64,000 nucleotides of DNA from Rhodosorus marinus CCMP1338 (lineage: Eukaryota; Plantae; Rhodophyta). This document shows positions 25,642 through 37,320 of the stretch, one piece after another (position 1 is the first letter of the stretch; the number at the start of each line of letters is the position of its first letter). Below the pieces are notes generated by a model. The model was not told the DNA's origin and made no database searches. It saw only the letters and a program-made list of their open reading frames with translations. The stretch covers positions 2,790,001 to 2,854,000 of the forward strand of contig JAMWBK010000005.1 in the NCBI GenBank assembly GCA_029953675.1, given 5' to 3'. The translations under genes were made by a program, and so were the position numbers.

Positions 25642-27609
25642 TTACAGTGGCCGTCGGGTTGTGGCTACATCTTCACATTGCTGTTCCCACTCGTCCTCAG
25701 AGTTGAATGTGCTCCTAATGAACTCCTCAAACTCATCCATTGTGCAATAGGCCTTGTCTCCGCAGATCGGAACCTTCTCAACGTAACGTTCATTCAACCG
25801 GATTCTCAAGATATATTGAGACATGGCCTCGTTCTGCTGCTCACCGCTGTCTCTTTCTGGTTTGCAGTCGTCATACAATTCGAAGGCAACGTTCGCGGAG
25901 ACTGGAGCTAGTGCGCTGATCGTCCCTAGGCAGTCTTTCCCGGGAAGATCCATCGACAATAGGAAAGGAACCAGAGCACTCTCTGTTCCGAATCGCATAT
26001 CCTGTGTGATTAGGATTGAGTCAGAGAGGTTCAGCCCGCCTTGGTAGGTGGTGATTTTGTATTCCGGTGTCTTACAAGTTTCTGACAGTCTTCCCCGCCA
26101 TTTACACACGACTGCAACGACACTAAAAGATCCTCCCATAACGGCCGGGGCAGGAAGGGGTAGAATTCGTGGGCCCGGGAATATACATTCCCATCCTCCA
26201 TCAACGCCTCCCTGAAGAGCCAGTCCTCTGGCGCAATTAGTGAGCAGAATCGATCACTTCGCCCCAACTCAGCTACCTCAAGTATACAACCATCAATAAC
26301 AGCGTTGATATCTTCCACTTTCATCGTAGAGGCCGCATCCTGTCAGCGAACAACTACATTCAGTGTCTCGGACCGAGCGTTTACAAGATCTGGCAGCCGT
26401 GAACCACATCAGGGTGAACGGGACTGAGCGGTTGAAAGGTTGGGGTGTACCAGATCCTTAGATACTTTCCTCGCAACTTTCTCAAGGTGAAGCTCCTCCT
26501 GATGACTATTTGCCGAACTCACTTCGGAGTTCAACTCCGTGAAGACATGACACCGATCTGTATACTTCAAAACGGAGTCATTTCCTTTCGTAACCGGAAA
26601 AACGTGATGTTTCTTATTCAGGTCCTCTGATTCGGGGCAACCAAGACATGTCTTGCGATGCTGGAGACTATTCGAACCTTTGCTCACGTTGTCTACTGTC
26701 GTAAAATTCTTCCAAGGGATGCCGAAAAATCCAAAGAGGAAAGCCTCAGCAGACGCCGAAGTCCTCTGATCCTGTGTGGATCGAACTAGAATAGGATCTC
26801 CTTGCGTAACTTTCAGATGCCTTGCGTAGATTTCTCTCATCCTATTCGCAGGGGCAATCGAGCTTTCGCATTAAGCCGTCTTGGCCGGATTACTGCATGC
26901 CACCCGTTTTTTGTCAAAAGTGTCACCTACCTCCTCCCGATGTCCCTAAAACTCCGCTCGCCAACAATAGACAACAGTCCAGCGTCACTCTCGTTGTACT
27001 TGTTCTTCCACGTCTTGAGCCACTGGACTTCCTCGGCCTCACTCTCAATGTTGGCGTGAATCCAGTTTTCTAGCTGGTCCAGGTCCTGAATCACCGTCTC
27101 TGTCGGGTTTTTCAGTCCCCCTCTAGCAATCATTGAAACGTGGATGAGTTTGCACTCGTTCCTAATCCACTTGGTCTCCGAAGGCTCCGGATAGGGAGAA
27201 TCAGTCCCTAGATGATCCGCAACCTGTTTCATACGAGTTCAAAAGAGCATACCAGCAAAACCCAGTAAATACCTAGTCTGACCTGCCAATCCATCCCTGT
27301 ACATTGCGCTCTTACGGTGAATCCATCAAGACATGCTCGATCAATCTGGGATGTATCGCTCTCCAGGATATCGGAGAGCACAACCACCGCTCCAAGGACA
27401 ACCACGACTGCCACCATTGAGAACATCACAGGCCAGATCGAGTGCGGGTGGTGCCTGGGAGACTGAACCCGGCCATAACGATGCATCATTTCCGTATCAT
27501 CCTCATCGCTACTGAATCCGTCACCAATGTTCAGATGGAGAGTTTCATCTCCAAATCCCTGGGATGGATCCGAAATCAACCCGTTTCGCGGTGAATCTTC
27601 TCTCCCCAT
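25642..27609 (-). CDS. Clade-2 histidine-phosphatase-fold protein (MINPP1/phytase-like), N-terminal TM anchor, catalytic motifs degenerate, multi-exon
   Basis: TM at SIWPVMFSMVAVVVVLGAVVVL. Then C.LIHVSMIARGGLKNPT (RHGxRxP position), L...GERSFRDIGRR, RSTQDQRTSASAEAFLFG, MRFGTESALVPFL (FGHAE position), RIRLNE and ICG...CTMDEF. Confidence 0.8.
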
Positions 27610-28361
27610 CGCTCCAGAAAAAGTCTCCCACACTCAGAAACCCCACAATCCTTCTCCCCGCAGGCAAAACATAAACAAACAATCCCTCAAGAAGCGGCTA
27701 CCTACCAAACCGAATTGGGAACAACGAAACCCTTCCCATATTGGGACATACTTGCGTGAACTAAAAATCCTCGCTCAGCTCCCTCAACTCAATCAACCCG
27801 TCCCAAGCCGTTCTGTCTGTTCCAAACAACCCCCAAAAAGACGACGCCAGTTCACTCGCTGAACACCAAACAGGTCTACGCTTCTCTCTCTCTCTCTCCC
27901 TCCCTCTGCCCAACTCAAAAACAGACCAGCTCCCTCTCTCTCAACCAAAAAAAAAACAAAAAAAACCAACCCAACCCAAAACACGCTCAAACGCTGTCTT
28001 CCATCAAAAGACAAAAAAAACCCTCGGGTCTACCTACCTTGCACTTCCTCCTTCCAACTCGTCCCCAACAACCCCCCCCCAAAAGAAAATCAACCAAACC
28101 AGCTCTCCGCCTTTATATCTTCCTCACCTAAACAGATCAATTCCCTCTTTGACACAAACAAAACCCCTTAAAACCGGCTTCCTTAGCATTCCATTGTCAA
28201 CCTTCTCTATTCTAGTTAACTCCACCAGCCCCAATTAACAGTCTGCCTTTCTAATGAATGGACACCATCACGTCCACAAAGAAGAAAACAATACAGAAAT
28301 TTAAAAACAAAACATAGAGAATACGCAGACATTCATAGAGAGACAGAATGAGGGTGGGTAC

Positions 28362-28969
28362 GGGGCATGCCCCCCACTGCCCTAATAAAAGAGGGACTAC
28401 CTTAAACCCTCCAGATTTCAGCTCTTTCTATGTCTCCACTGCCCACTGTTAGATGCCCCCATGTTGCACTAGTAAAAGAAAGGCATTGATTTTCAACCTT
28501 TTTATACTTCAGTTGCCCCCTTTGGAGCATGCCCCAATGGTTTAGATTTCGACGGCTTCGAATTTTACGTTGCGATAGGGCTCCAATGCCCCCAAACTTG
28601 TCTCCATAATCCCCATAATGCTAGTGCTGCCTCGCGAATTTCAGCAGAGGTGGAAGGCCTCTAAAAGTGACTGTATGGGGGCTTTTCCAAAGGGGGGGAA
28701 AGGGGGGTGGTTGACAAGACGATGGAATAGGACGGGATGACTTCGTGCACCTGATTTTATGAATTCTAGTTTAATAGTTGATTTCCTTGGCGGATGTTGA
28801 ATTTTGCTCCATGATAGGATGGGGGGATTTTTTCATGAATATACATAATATATTTGGTTATTAGGCATGCCCCAAGACGATACTGCCCCCTCAAAAAAAA
28901 CGGAAACGCTTCATGGTTTTATTTTTATCTTGTGTCGGTATGTCAACCTTCGTGGGGGCATGCCCCCAC
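28362..28969. repeat. Array of TGCCCC / GGGCATGCCC palindromic motifs
   Basis: GGGGCATGCCCC at 28362, GAGCATGCCCC near 28525, AGGCATGCCCC near 28863, perfect 18-bp palindrome GTGGGGGCATGCCCCCAC at 28952-28969, plus several TGCCCCC half-sites. Confidence 0.6.
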
Positions 28970-29880
28970 CGAACTCGTTCCTCCCATAATCTCTATCAGT
29001 AAATCTAAAATAGTCTTTTTTACAAATAGTTCAATATCAAGTTCGCGTAGTCCGTGTGAGAACAAGGTTTCGGCCCCAGTGATTTTACAGTACTCATTGG
29101 ATGAGTGTTAACATACCCACTTCCGTTTTTAGATATTTTATGTTTTTTATGAATTAAATTGCAGGATATGATATGTTGGTGAGTAGTTCTTAGGGGTTGG
29201 TTGGCGGAATGGATTTCACGTATGGTGTATCAATAGGGGTGGGAAAAAGGAATTCCGGTTTTTAGAAATGGCGATGGTGGACTAGGTGGGGGTGTGGTAG
29301 AGGACAGATTTGGATCAGGTGGAGAGAGAGGGATCCTGTGCTGGCGGGTTTGCTGAAAGGAAACTAACATTTAGAATAGGGTACTTGGAGTAGATGCCAC
29401 CCATCAGTGTGGAAATTGATGAATTACTCTAGGCAAAAACAAAAAAAAACCTGTTTACTTGTAGCCAGGTATTGGTGAGATTCGATAGCGAGTACGGAGC
29501 TGGCTAGAGACGCTGCGTGAGTCTGGAGCTGTAGCCGTGAACGGTATGGTAGAGATTCCCCTACTGGATCAGACAAAGAGAAAGTCAGGACTCTATCGAT
29601 GGAGTACGAAACCTCCAGTGGGCTGTTTTCCTACGCCGTGCGAAAAGCATCGCACTTTGTCCCAGATTCTTGCAAATCTCTTCGACGAGCTTGGAGCTAG
29701 AACCGCATCGTCGCTCCAGAGGGCTCGTTCCAGCCCCACTCGTGCGTCTGGACGATCGTTCATACTTTGTGCAATCTGTAGCAACGCTTGCAGCTTTCAA
29801 AAGTCTTCCATCGAACTCTCATTCAACCCACAGTCAAACCCCCCTCTGCACGGCTCCATCCCCAGCTTCGTAAGGATTTC

Positions 29881-30027
29881 GGGACGATTGAGAAGCCAAT
29901 GCAAAAAACCACTGCCGGGTCGCAGATCTTGCATGAAGTCCAGTTCTCTTCCGGGACGCGATTGAGTAGCCAATGCAAAAAAAAAACTGCCGGTTCGCAG
30001 ATCTTGCATGAAGTCCGTTTCTCTTCC
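29881..30027 (+). repeat. Tandem duplication, 2 copies of ~72-75 bp
   Basis: GGGACGATTGAGAAGCCAATGCAAAAAACCACTGCCGGGTCGCAGATCTTGCATGAAGTCC... repeated from 29953. Confidence 0.9.
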
Positions 30028-30197
30028 GACATATGTTAGTTTGTCCGTGTGTAATTAATCAACAGCAGATGAACTAAGTACGCCGTTCCAATCTGATGTA
30101 GCGCCATGGAAATAGACTGGTGACTGGACAGGCCTCTAAACGATTGTAAAGCTCTTTACATACTATTCATTTTGTTTGTAAAGTCGTATCCTTCTGC

Positions 30198-30617
30198 CTA
30201 GCCTGCGAGAAAGGCGGTATGAGCAGTAGCAAGACATGCTCCGATCTTGAGCAATGTAAGTACTCCGAACGCGGAGTGCACTCGTGATTTCGGGAGTTCT
30301 TTTCCAGCCATGACCATTTCAGCTCGTCGATTCAATACGGGGCGCAACCCGAAGTGCAGAATGAGCTGAAGCGCCGTAGCAACCGCAAGAAAGCCCGCTG
30401 GAACTGGCTCGAAATTCAACGCCATTAAGCCGACCGCGACTCCGTTTAGCACCAGCTCAGTCTGTCCTATGGCAGTGAATACTTGCACACCGACATCCAT
30501 TCCAACAGCTTTCGTCATAGTCTTCGCTCTGAACTTGGCCGGTGCCTCAACACAGACCCCGATCGTCACACCAGCCCAAACCAAACATGGCGCAGCAACG
30601 TTGAGCAACGTGATCAT
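30198..30617 (-). CDS. Small multi-TM membrane protein, DUF4149-like (139 aa, intronless)
   Basis: Complete ATG-to-stop ORF with four hydrophobic segments. VWAG..IGV..EAPAKFRA...VGMDVGVQVF..E resembles a microbial EAxxKFRA membrane family. C/A-rich leader upstream on the + strand. Confidence 0.75.
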   Translation of the reverse strand: MITLLNVAAPCLVWAGVTIGVCVEAPAKFRAKTMTKAVGMDVGVQVFTAIGQTELVLNGVAVGLMALNFEPVPAGFLAVATALQLILHFGLRPVLNRRAEMVMAGKELPKSRVHSAFGVLTLLKIGACLATAHTAFLAG

Positions 30618-31149
30618 GATTTCCTAAACACAAAAAGACAAAGAAACAAACAATACTAGAACTTGTACCAAAGAGATGATTTCGCTTAGTTCCAATGGGC
30701 ATCTAACCTCATCGACGCTCTTAAGAGCAGCCTTCCCAGCCCCGTGCCCCATCCCTAATGGAAAACAACGTATCTGAAACGCCTCCGTCATCAGTTTCCG
30801 ACGCCCTCCGAGGTACAACTTGTAAGTACCGTGCACTCAAATCGCATGTTGAGGGATGGGTTCGATTATAGAAAGCAAAGGATGGTCTAGGACGTTGCTA
30901 GCAACATCTGTGCATGTCATCATCTACAATTGTTTCTTGATCGCTCTGGCAACCGTCCCGGGCAACCGGTCCGGATCTTTGATTTTCGTTTCGTGCACGG
31001 TCCGCTCATGTCCATTTCACGGATCAGCAGCGACTTCAGTGGATTCACGCGTTTCATTCTTAGCTGCTAGCCTTCGGGTACGCGCATCATCACATCAATG
31101 GCCACGAGCTGATCTTTCCCGACAATCTCGGATGGTCGAACTTGTCGTG

Positions 31150-31400
31150 AACCGTCGCTGGCGACTCTCGGGGTCACGAAAAACGGGAGCTTGGATGGGT
31201 TCCGTTATGGCGTGAGGATGAGCTAGAAGCGATCATAGCAACGCGAAGCAAGCTAGCTTGTGCTCGGCGTGAAGACCTCACATATACGATTGCCGAAGAG
31301 GCGCATCGAACGCCTTTTGGTTGTCCCCCGGTGCGGTTTTTGAGAACGCCGATCGTTCGCAAAGCTCCGGCTGCCCTGAACCATACGTTGGCGTGCACAT
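31150..31400 (-). mobile_element. Possible Copia RNase H relic
   Basis: Minus-strand SRSFANDRRSQ resembles DASFAN..D.RSQ. The rest is heavily decayed. Confidence 0.25.
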
Positions 31401-32087
31401 TCCGTTGCTGCCCCCTCGAATTATGTGAGCTGCCCGGCAACTAATCTCAGAACCCAGTTACTTCGAGAGCACCTACACTGGGAAACTAGACCCTGTCAAA
31501 GAAGAACCTGCATTAGGTCCAGGACAATCTGCAATGACAAAACAAGTTCTCCGATGAGCAAAAACGCGAGTGCCTTTTCGGACTGTTAAAACCGGGCGTA
31601 TTTCAAACTGGAAACTGACAACTGTTGACAGACAACCGAGCCTTAGAGTCAAGCTTTGCTTGGGCAGAGGACCTCAGCTCTGGAGTAAAGGAAACTCACT
31701 ACTGTGATTCCTTGATCAGCTCTTGCTATTCCAGTTCTGAAGATAAAAGAACAGCTCTTGCTCTGACCCTCTCGTTGTTCCATGATCCGATGAATGGCAA
31801 AAGGCCCTGTAGACCGAAAACACTCTAGAGTCACGATATCAGCATCCGCGCTCGATTCTTTTTGTTCCAATTCTGCTTAGCAGATAAAAAACCAGCACGT
31901 ACGCAGGGATCCGCACTCACGCATCCGAAACAGAAAACATGGAAGTTCTACGCTCGAAGAGTGGTTCCAGGAGCCCAAGAGGATGCAAACGTTCCATGCG
32001 AAGGATCTCCTTTCACATGCTAACCTATTGCAGACGACAGCAACAGGCCGTTGGAGTCATGCCTCGTTGGCGCAGGCGCTGGTACGA

Positions 32088-32156
32088 GTTTTCTCACGCT
32101 TCAGACCTTCTTGACAGCACAAACTATGACCGAACCCGTGTTCTGAGCTTTCCGGT
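32088..32156 (-). pseudogene. Duplicated fragment of the neighbouring clpS gene (exon-2 end plus intron-2 start)
   Basis: Reverse complement is 60/69 identical to 33970-34038 and spans the AAG|GTCAGAAG donor site. Confidence 0.85.
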
Positions 32157-32183
32157 TGATGTAGATTATAAACACCGGGCCCG

Positions 32184-32497
32184 AGGAAGCAGTTCAGTCC
32201 TTAAAAGCCATCAGCTTGCCTCAGGAAGCAGGTCAGTGGTTAACTTTCGACAGAGTAAGGAAGCGGGTCTGTGGATAACTTTTAACGAGTAAGGAAGCAG
32301 GTCAGTGGTTAACTTCCAACTTGAGTACGGAAGCCGGTCAGTGGCTAACTTTCAACTTGCGTAAGGAAGCGGGTCATGCCAATCTCTTCAACTTGAGTGC
32401 GGAAGCCAGGTCAATGCCTATCTTTCATCTTGAGTGTAGGAAGCAGATCAATGCTTAATCATCAAATGCCAAGTGGAGCAGACCGATGCTTAATCAT
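32184..32497 (+). repeat. Minisatellite, ~34-39-bp unit, about 9 copies
   Basis: Units start AGGAAGC/CGGAAGC at 32184, 32223, 32258, 32292, 32328, 32364, 32400, 32438 and about 32475. Consensus is close to AGGAAGCAGGTCAGTGGTTAACTTTCAACTTGAGTA. Confidence 0.9.
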
Positions 32498-33520
32498 AAA
32501 AAAACAACATTAAAGTAAAGTTTTACTTCCGTTGAAAACCGCCTCCACAGCAATTAGCAGAAGAAAAAAATGAAAACAAAATTAATACTTTTCAGCCGTC
32601 GACGGCCATAACTTCTCATACAAAAAATTTACATTAATCACACTAGATCATTTAAATTCCTACCCACCACCGGGAGTTTCAACCCCAACCGAACATTTTC
32701 ACACTCCAGTAACCCTCAGGACCATCCGTTCTAGAGCACTTTTCCAGTTTAATTTTATTTTATTCCGTATAATATATACACCTACAGAATATAAATACCC
32801 CCTAAATACTAGAAAATGGATTCATACGTGCATTCTTTCTAGGGCCCGGAGCCCATCACCTAGAAAAAGGATCGGAACCATATCCATTGGTCAACCGTAA
32901 TAAAATTTTCAGAAACTTTTGCCAATGATGTGATCTTTTCTATGCTTTTCATTGGACAATATTATGGTGTCTACTAAGAAAATAAATAAATACAAATAAA
33001 ATAAACCAATTAAATTATTGAAAATATGTTTTTGATTGATAAATAAGTCAATTTTCTTTTCAGGGATTGGGCGTGGAGCTCTAGTCGAGATTTCAGCGGT
33101 GGCTGGTGAAGACGGTGTGGACTGATCTGCTTTGGATTTGGTTTCTCGATGCGTTTGGGTGGGTGGGCGCTGACAACATTGATTTTGAGGTTAAGAAGGG
33201 GAAGGTTGAATTTGGTATTAGGAACGGGGAAGGTCGGGTTGAAAAGTTGAAACGTTTGAAAGAAAGGAGGGAGGAGGGGGGCCGAGGGTCGGTCTGGATT
33301 GGTTTGGTTGAGGCTTTTTTTTTTCTGGTTTTGTTAGTTTTGAGGGAGGGGGGGGCGCGGTTGGAGGGGGGAATCTTGGAATTCTTGAGAAAAAGCCTCG
33401 TGGCGTCGAGACGGTGTGGTTTTGCCTGAGAAGGAGGAAGAACAAGAGGGGTTTTGGGTTGTGGTTTTTGCTGTTGTTGGAGTGGGAGTCGTCGTAGAGT
33501 GTTTTGACTGTCGGGTGATC

Positions 33521-34189
33521 ATGGCTTTTGTTGGGAGTTCGGTTTTTGGGGGGAAGGATCTAGGAAGGGTGCAGAAGAATGTGAGAATTCAGTCGATGGG
33601 CGCCTACATGGTTTCTCCTGGCATACAAATAGGTAAACCGAAGACTCAGATAGGAAAGCCGAAAACGAACATTGGAGGAGGTTCGACGTCGACCGAAGTC
33701 GAACAGCAAGCCAAGAAGCAGAGACCAAAGCCGAAGTACAAGACTGACGCGGATGAGATCCCGATGTACAAGGTAAGAGCAGATGCATATTAGCAAAGCA
33801 TCTCGAGATCCGTGGACTCCATGAAGACTTGAGCTGATTTGCGGGTCCCGATTGGGACGTACATGGCAGGTCATCCTCCTCGGAGATGAAGGGTATGACG
33901 AAGTGCACGTAACCACACAGTTGATGAAAATCATTCCGAAATTCACCAGTGACGAGGCTTCCCGAGTATACCGGGAAGCTCAGAACACGGGTTCGTCGAT
34001 AGTTTGTGTTGTCAATAAGGTCAGAAGCATCAGAAAACAAAGCGGTTTCTCCCAACCATTTGCGGCGGCTGACCCTGACCCTATACGTCGCCTTTCCTAT
34101 TTTTCTTTTGCTGGCAGGAGCATGCAGAGTTCTACGCACAGCAATTGAGAAGACAGGAGATCTTCGTCGTTGTGGAAGAAGATAAGTAG
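33521..34189 (+). CDS. clpS: Plastid ATP-dependent Clp protease adaptor ClpS (3 exons)
   Basis: MAFVGSS transit-peptide start. Spliced PMYK|VILLGDEGYDEVHV...EAQNTGSSIVCVVNK|EHAEFYAQQL matches cyanobacterial/plastid ClpS. Confidence 0.9.
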
Positions 34190-35008
34190 AACAAGTGATG
34201 CAGACGAACAACTATGAGTGGCTAGGAAGGATTCTTTTAAGGCGATTATAAAACATAAAAGGAAGCAAACACACAGATCATAATAGCAACCATGGAAAAG
34301 TGTACGGAAAGCATATTCTCGCCGCAACGTCTCGAGGACTGTGCGGGAGTGGAGTCTGCTCGCAGTCGAATCTGGTTGTCTGCTGAAAGAAAACGAGAGA
34401 GGCGAAACGATCAAACCAAGGCTCTAGTGGTTGAGAAACGCCCTGTTTTTCGATTGTGGTCGTTTCGCTCTCGATTTACGCTTCCGTGAGCACCCGACCG
34501 AACTTTGTTGGCGTCTGCGAACGAGGATGGGTCATCGTTGTATTAAGCTTTTTTGCCATAGATCAGACTGCTTTTTCCTAACGAGGTGGCCGTATTTGTA
34601 GCAATTTGCTTTCCAGACTGCTAGGAAATCCTGGCTTAATGCGGTTGCTGTCGTAGCACATCTCAAAACGCCCTCGAGTAGAAGGGACCAATTCTCCCGT
34701 GGAATTCACACAGTTTCCAAAGTTTGGAAATAAATATCGCGAGCAAGGCCCACGAAAAGACTATGAGCGGAGATGTGTGAAGCGGGTCCAAGCACAACCC
34801 CCTCAAGCATTACATCGTTCACATCCTGTTGGTCTAGAATCTCCTTGCCTGTCCGGTTGCTTTCGATGGATAGTTTCTGCTCATCAGGTTGCCGAAGAGC
34901 TTCAAAATTTGGCAAGCAGCCGGATTAGACCGGATAGATATGACCTTCTCTTGCTCTGCTATCCTGCTAGGAACATAGTGGTGTACTCAAAACCGATGTC
35001 TGGAATCT

Positions 35009-35968
35009 TCATCGCGGGATCAATAGATCTCCAAAGTCCCCCACTTTCTCGGGTTGAACGTACTCGAGCGCGAACGCTTGGGCAAATGCATCGACGAAGA
35101 CTTGCGCCGCCTTTCGGAGAAGAAGACTGGATATTAGAAAGCGGGCAAACGTGAGGAACTGTTTTGACGGGCGGCTGCTAACGAACCTGCCGGATGTCGA
35201 CATCAGGAAAGTACTCAGCGAGTTCAACGACGCCAAACTCTTCTATTCCGCACGGGGTGATCTTATCAAATCCAGATGCGTGCTCTTGCATCTTGATGTT
35301 CACCGCGATGCCGTGCATCGATACCCATCGGGATACCTTTATTCCCACCGCTGCGATCTTACTGTCGCCTATCCAGACACCCCGAAGGCCTTGTTTGCGC
35401 TCTCCTTGAAGGCCAAAGCCGTCGTTGAGTCCAAGAATCACCGCTTCTTCCAGCTTTGAAATGTACCAGTGCAAATCCTTTCGATAGTTCTTCAGAGAAA
35501 GGATCGGATAGATAACGACCTGGGAAAGGAGATGTGATCGATCCTTTAGCCACAGCGAGCAGAGGAATGCCAAGGACGGCCCGAGAGATCGCTTTTCAGT
35601 TTCCCTACCTGTCCTGGTGCGTGGAAAGTAACTTCACCACCACGCTCGGTACGGTAGAGACTTGATCCTTCTGGAGGTGAGTCCTCATCGAACTTCACGT
35701 GTAATTTTGTGGAACCAGTTCCCAAAGTGTAAGTTGGCGGATGCTGCAAGACGATCAGAGCGTCATTCTCCACATATCCATCGATCTTCTCCCTCTGCAG
35801 TTTCCGCTGCAGCATAAGCGCGTCGTGATAGTCCGTCAAAGACGCTGAGTCCGCCATCAAATCGTAGAGTTCACACTTGTTGCGAGCAACAGCTCCAGAA
35901 GCGCAGGTGCGCGCTTCTGACCGCAGAGATCGCCCCCCCAGCAAAGAAGAACAAACAAAACTCGTCAT
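35009..35968 (-). CDS. lipB: Octanoyltransferase LipB (lipoate biosynthesis), probably plastid (3 exons)
   Basis: LQHPPTYTLG, TERGGEVTFHAPGQ, GVWIGDSKIAAVGIKVSRWVSMHGIAVN, FDKITPCGI. Transit-like MTSFVCSS N-terminus. Confidence 0.93.
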
Positions 35969-36599
35969 CGGTCGGTGCTTGCTTCAACAGCCTTTGGCAA
36001 GACATGCCTCGCCAGCCCTACTTCACCCAAACAGTCATCAAAAATGGCCTGGAATCCTCCCGCAGTCATCCAAGTTCACAGCGAGAAGGCAGAAAGCGAC
36101 CCCCCCCCCTTGGCACGGTTCAGCCTCCTTACGACGCCGGCTAATGCTGCCCGGGCGCTTCGTGCTGATACGGATGTTTTTGTACTCCAACGTGCTATAG
36201 AGAAATGATCCTTGTGCGGGGGAATCTCTTCCCTTGGCTTTCTAGGCCAGGCTCCCCAGGTCCAATTTTGGTATGAATTTCTGCTCAAGGAGATCGCTTG
36301 GCTGTATCGAAGAGTCCCATGCAGTCGCGTGTGTATTCATCTAGATAGTGTGATCTGGACTTGAATAGAATACTAATCTCGACGCTTCAGCATGTGCGTG
36401 AGCGACAATCCACACAAACGACAACCAGCACCAAACCGCGACTGGCGTTTCCGACATAGAGCATGGATTTGGAGACAGAGCATAGCTTGTCCTCGCGATT
36501 GAGGTTAGCTACGGGAGTTAAAACCGACCTACTCTTGGATAGTGACAAGAATCAGTGTTGTGCGCGCGGTAGGCAGCTGCCCAGTGACGGCTACGGTTG

Positions 36600-37320
36600 C
36601 GTTGAGAGCTGAACGTCACACATCGTTGGAAGACTTGCCAAAGATGCAAGCTTTCCTACAGACCTGCAGAGATTGCGCATGATCATCACTCTCGAGTTCA
36701 TGTGTTTATGTGATTAGGTTCGATGCGGCTGGATAGAATACTCTGTGCCTCGAAGACGAAGTTCCTCTACATTAAAAAGAGGTCAGGAGGTGACTTGGGC
36801 AGAAGCTTTACGGGACTCTGTAGCGCATGCACCAAGCACGCTACCCCCTAGCACTTGGTTTACAAGTACCAACTAGTCCTTCATAGTAGCCATGTCCCCT
36901 TGCTCAACTCCCCGCAGGATCAGAGCGGACTATACTCGCGCAGCATTGCACTACGGTACGGCGAGACGGTTAACGAAATGTCTGTCAAGCATGACTTAGC
37001 CCCGCACGCTCTTCACTAGCGCTCCATCATCTGAACATCGACATATGTGAAGCGTTCTCTCGCCCCGCCCACGGACGCGTTCCTGCCCGTGACTTGAGGC
37101 AAAGTATTCGGCAAGGGCGTGACAGGACAGCGGAGATGAGCTTGTCTGTTTGCTTAATTTTTCAGCTAGTAGATGATTCTAGTCCACGAGACTCCAAAGC
37201 CCGCAAGCATGAAAGTTGTGGCAGCACGAAAGTTTTACCGATGACCACGTCAAGGGCTCTCGTCTTTCCGGAAGGACGACGACCACGTTCTGGACGTGAT
37301 TTTCATCCATCATGCTACGT
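36600..37320 (+). mobile_element. Decayed Copia-like integrase region
   Basis: HTSLEDLPKM...TCRDCA (HHCC-like), then DSKARK, KGSRL and DVIF (cf. KLDSKARKC.F.GY...KGYRL...RDVIF) across frameshifts. Confidence 0.5.

Noticed and set aside
32184-32497. 35-bp repeats as a CRISPR array
   Set aside because: Units are contiguous with no unique spacers, they diverge progressively, no cas genes are present, and the context is eukaryotic.
33519-34211. 230-aa minus-strand ORF sharing a peptide with ORF 31939-32292
   Set aside because: It is the antisense shadow of clpS. The shared peptide reflects the DNA-level clpS fragment duplication, not a protein family.
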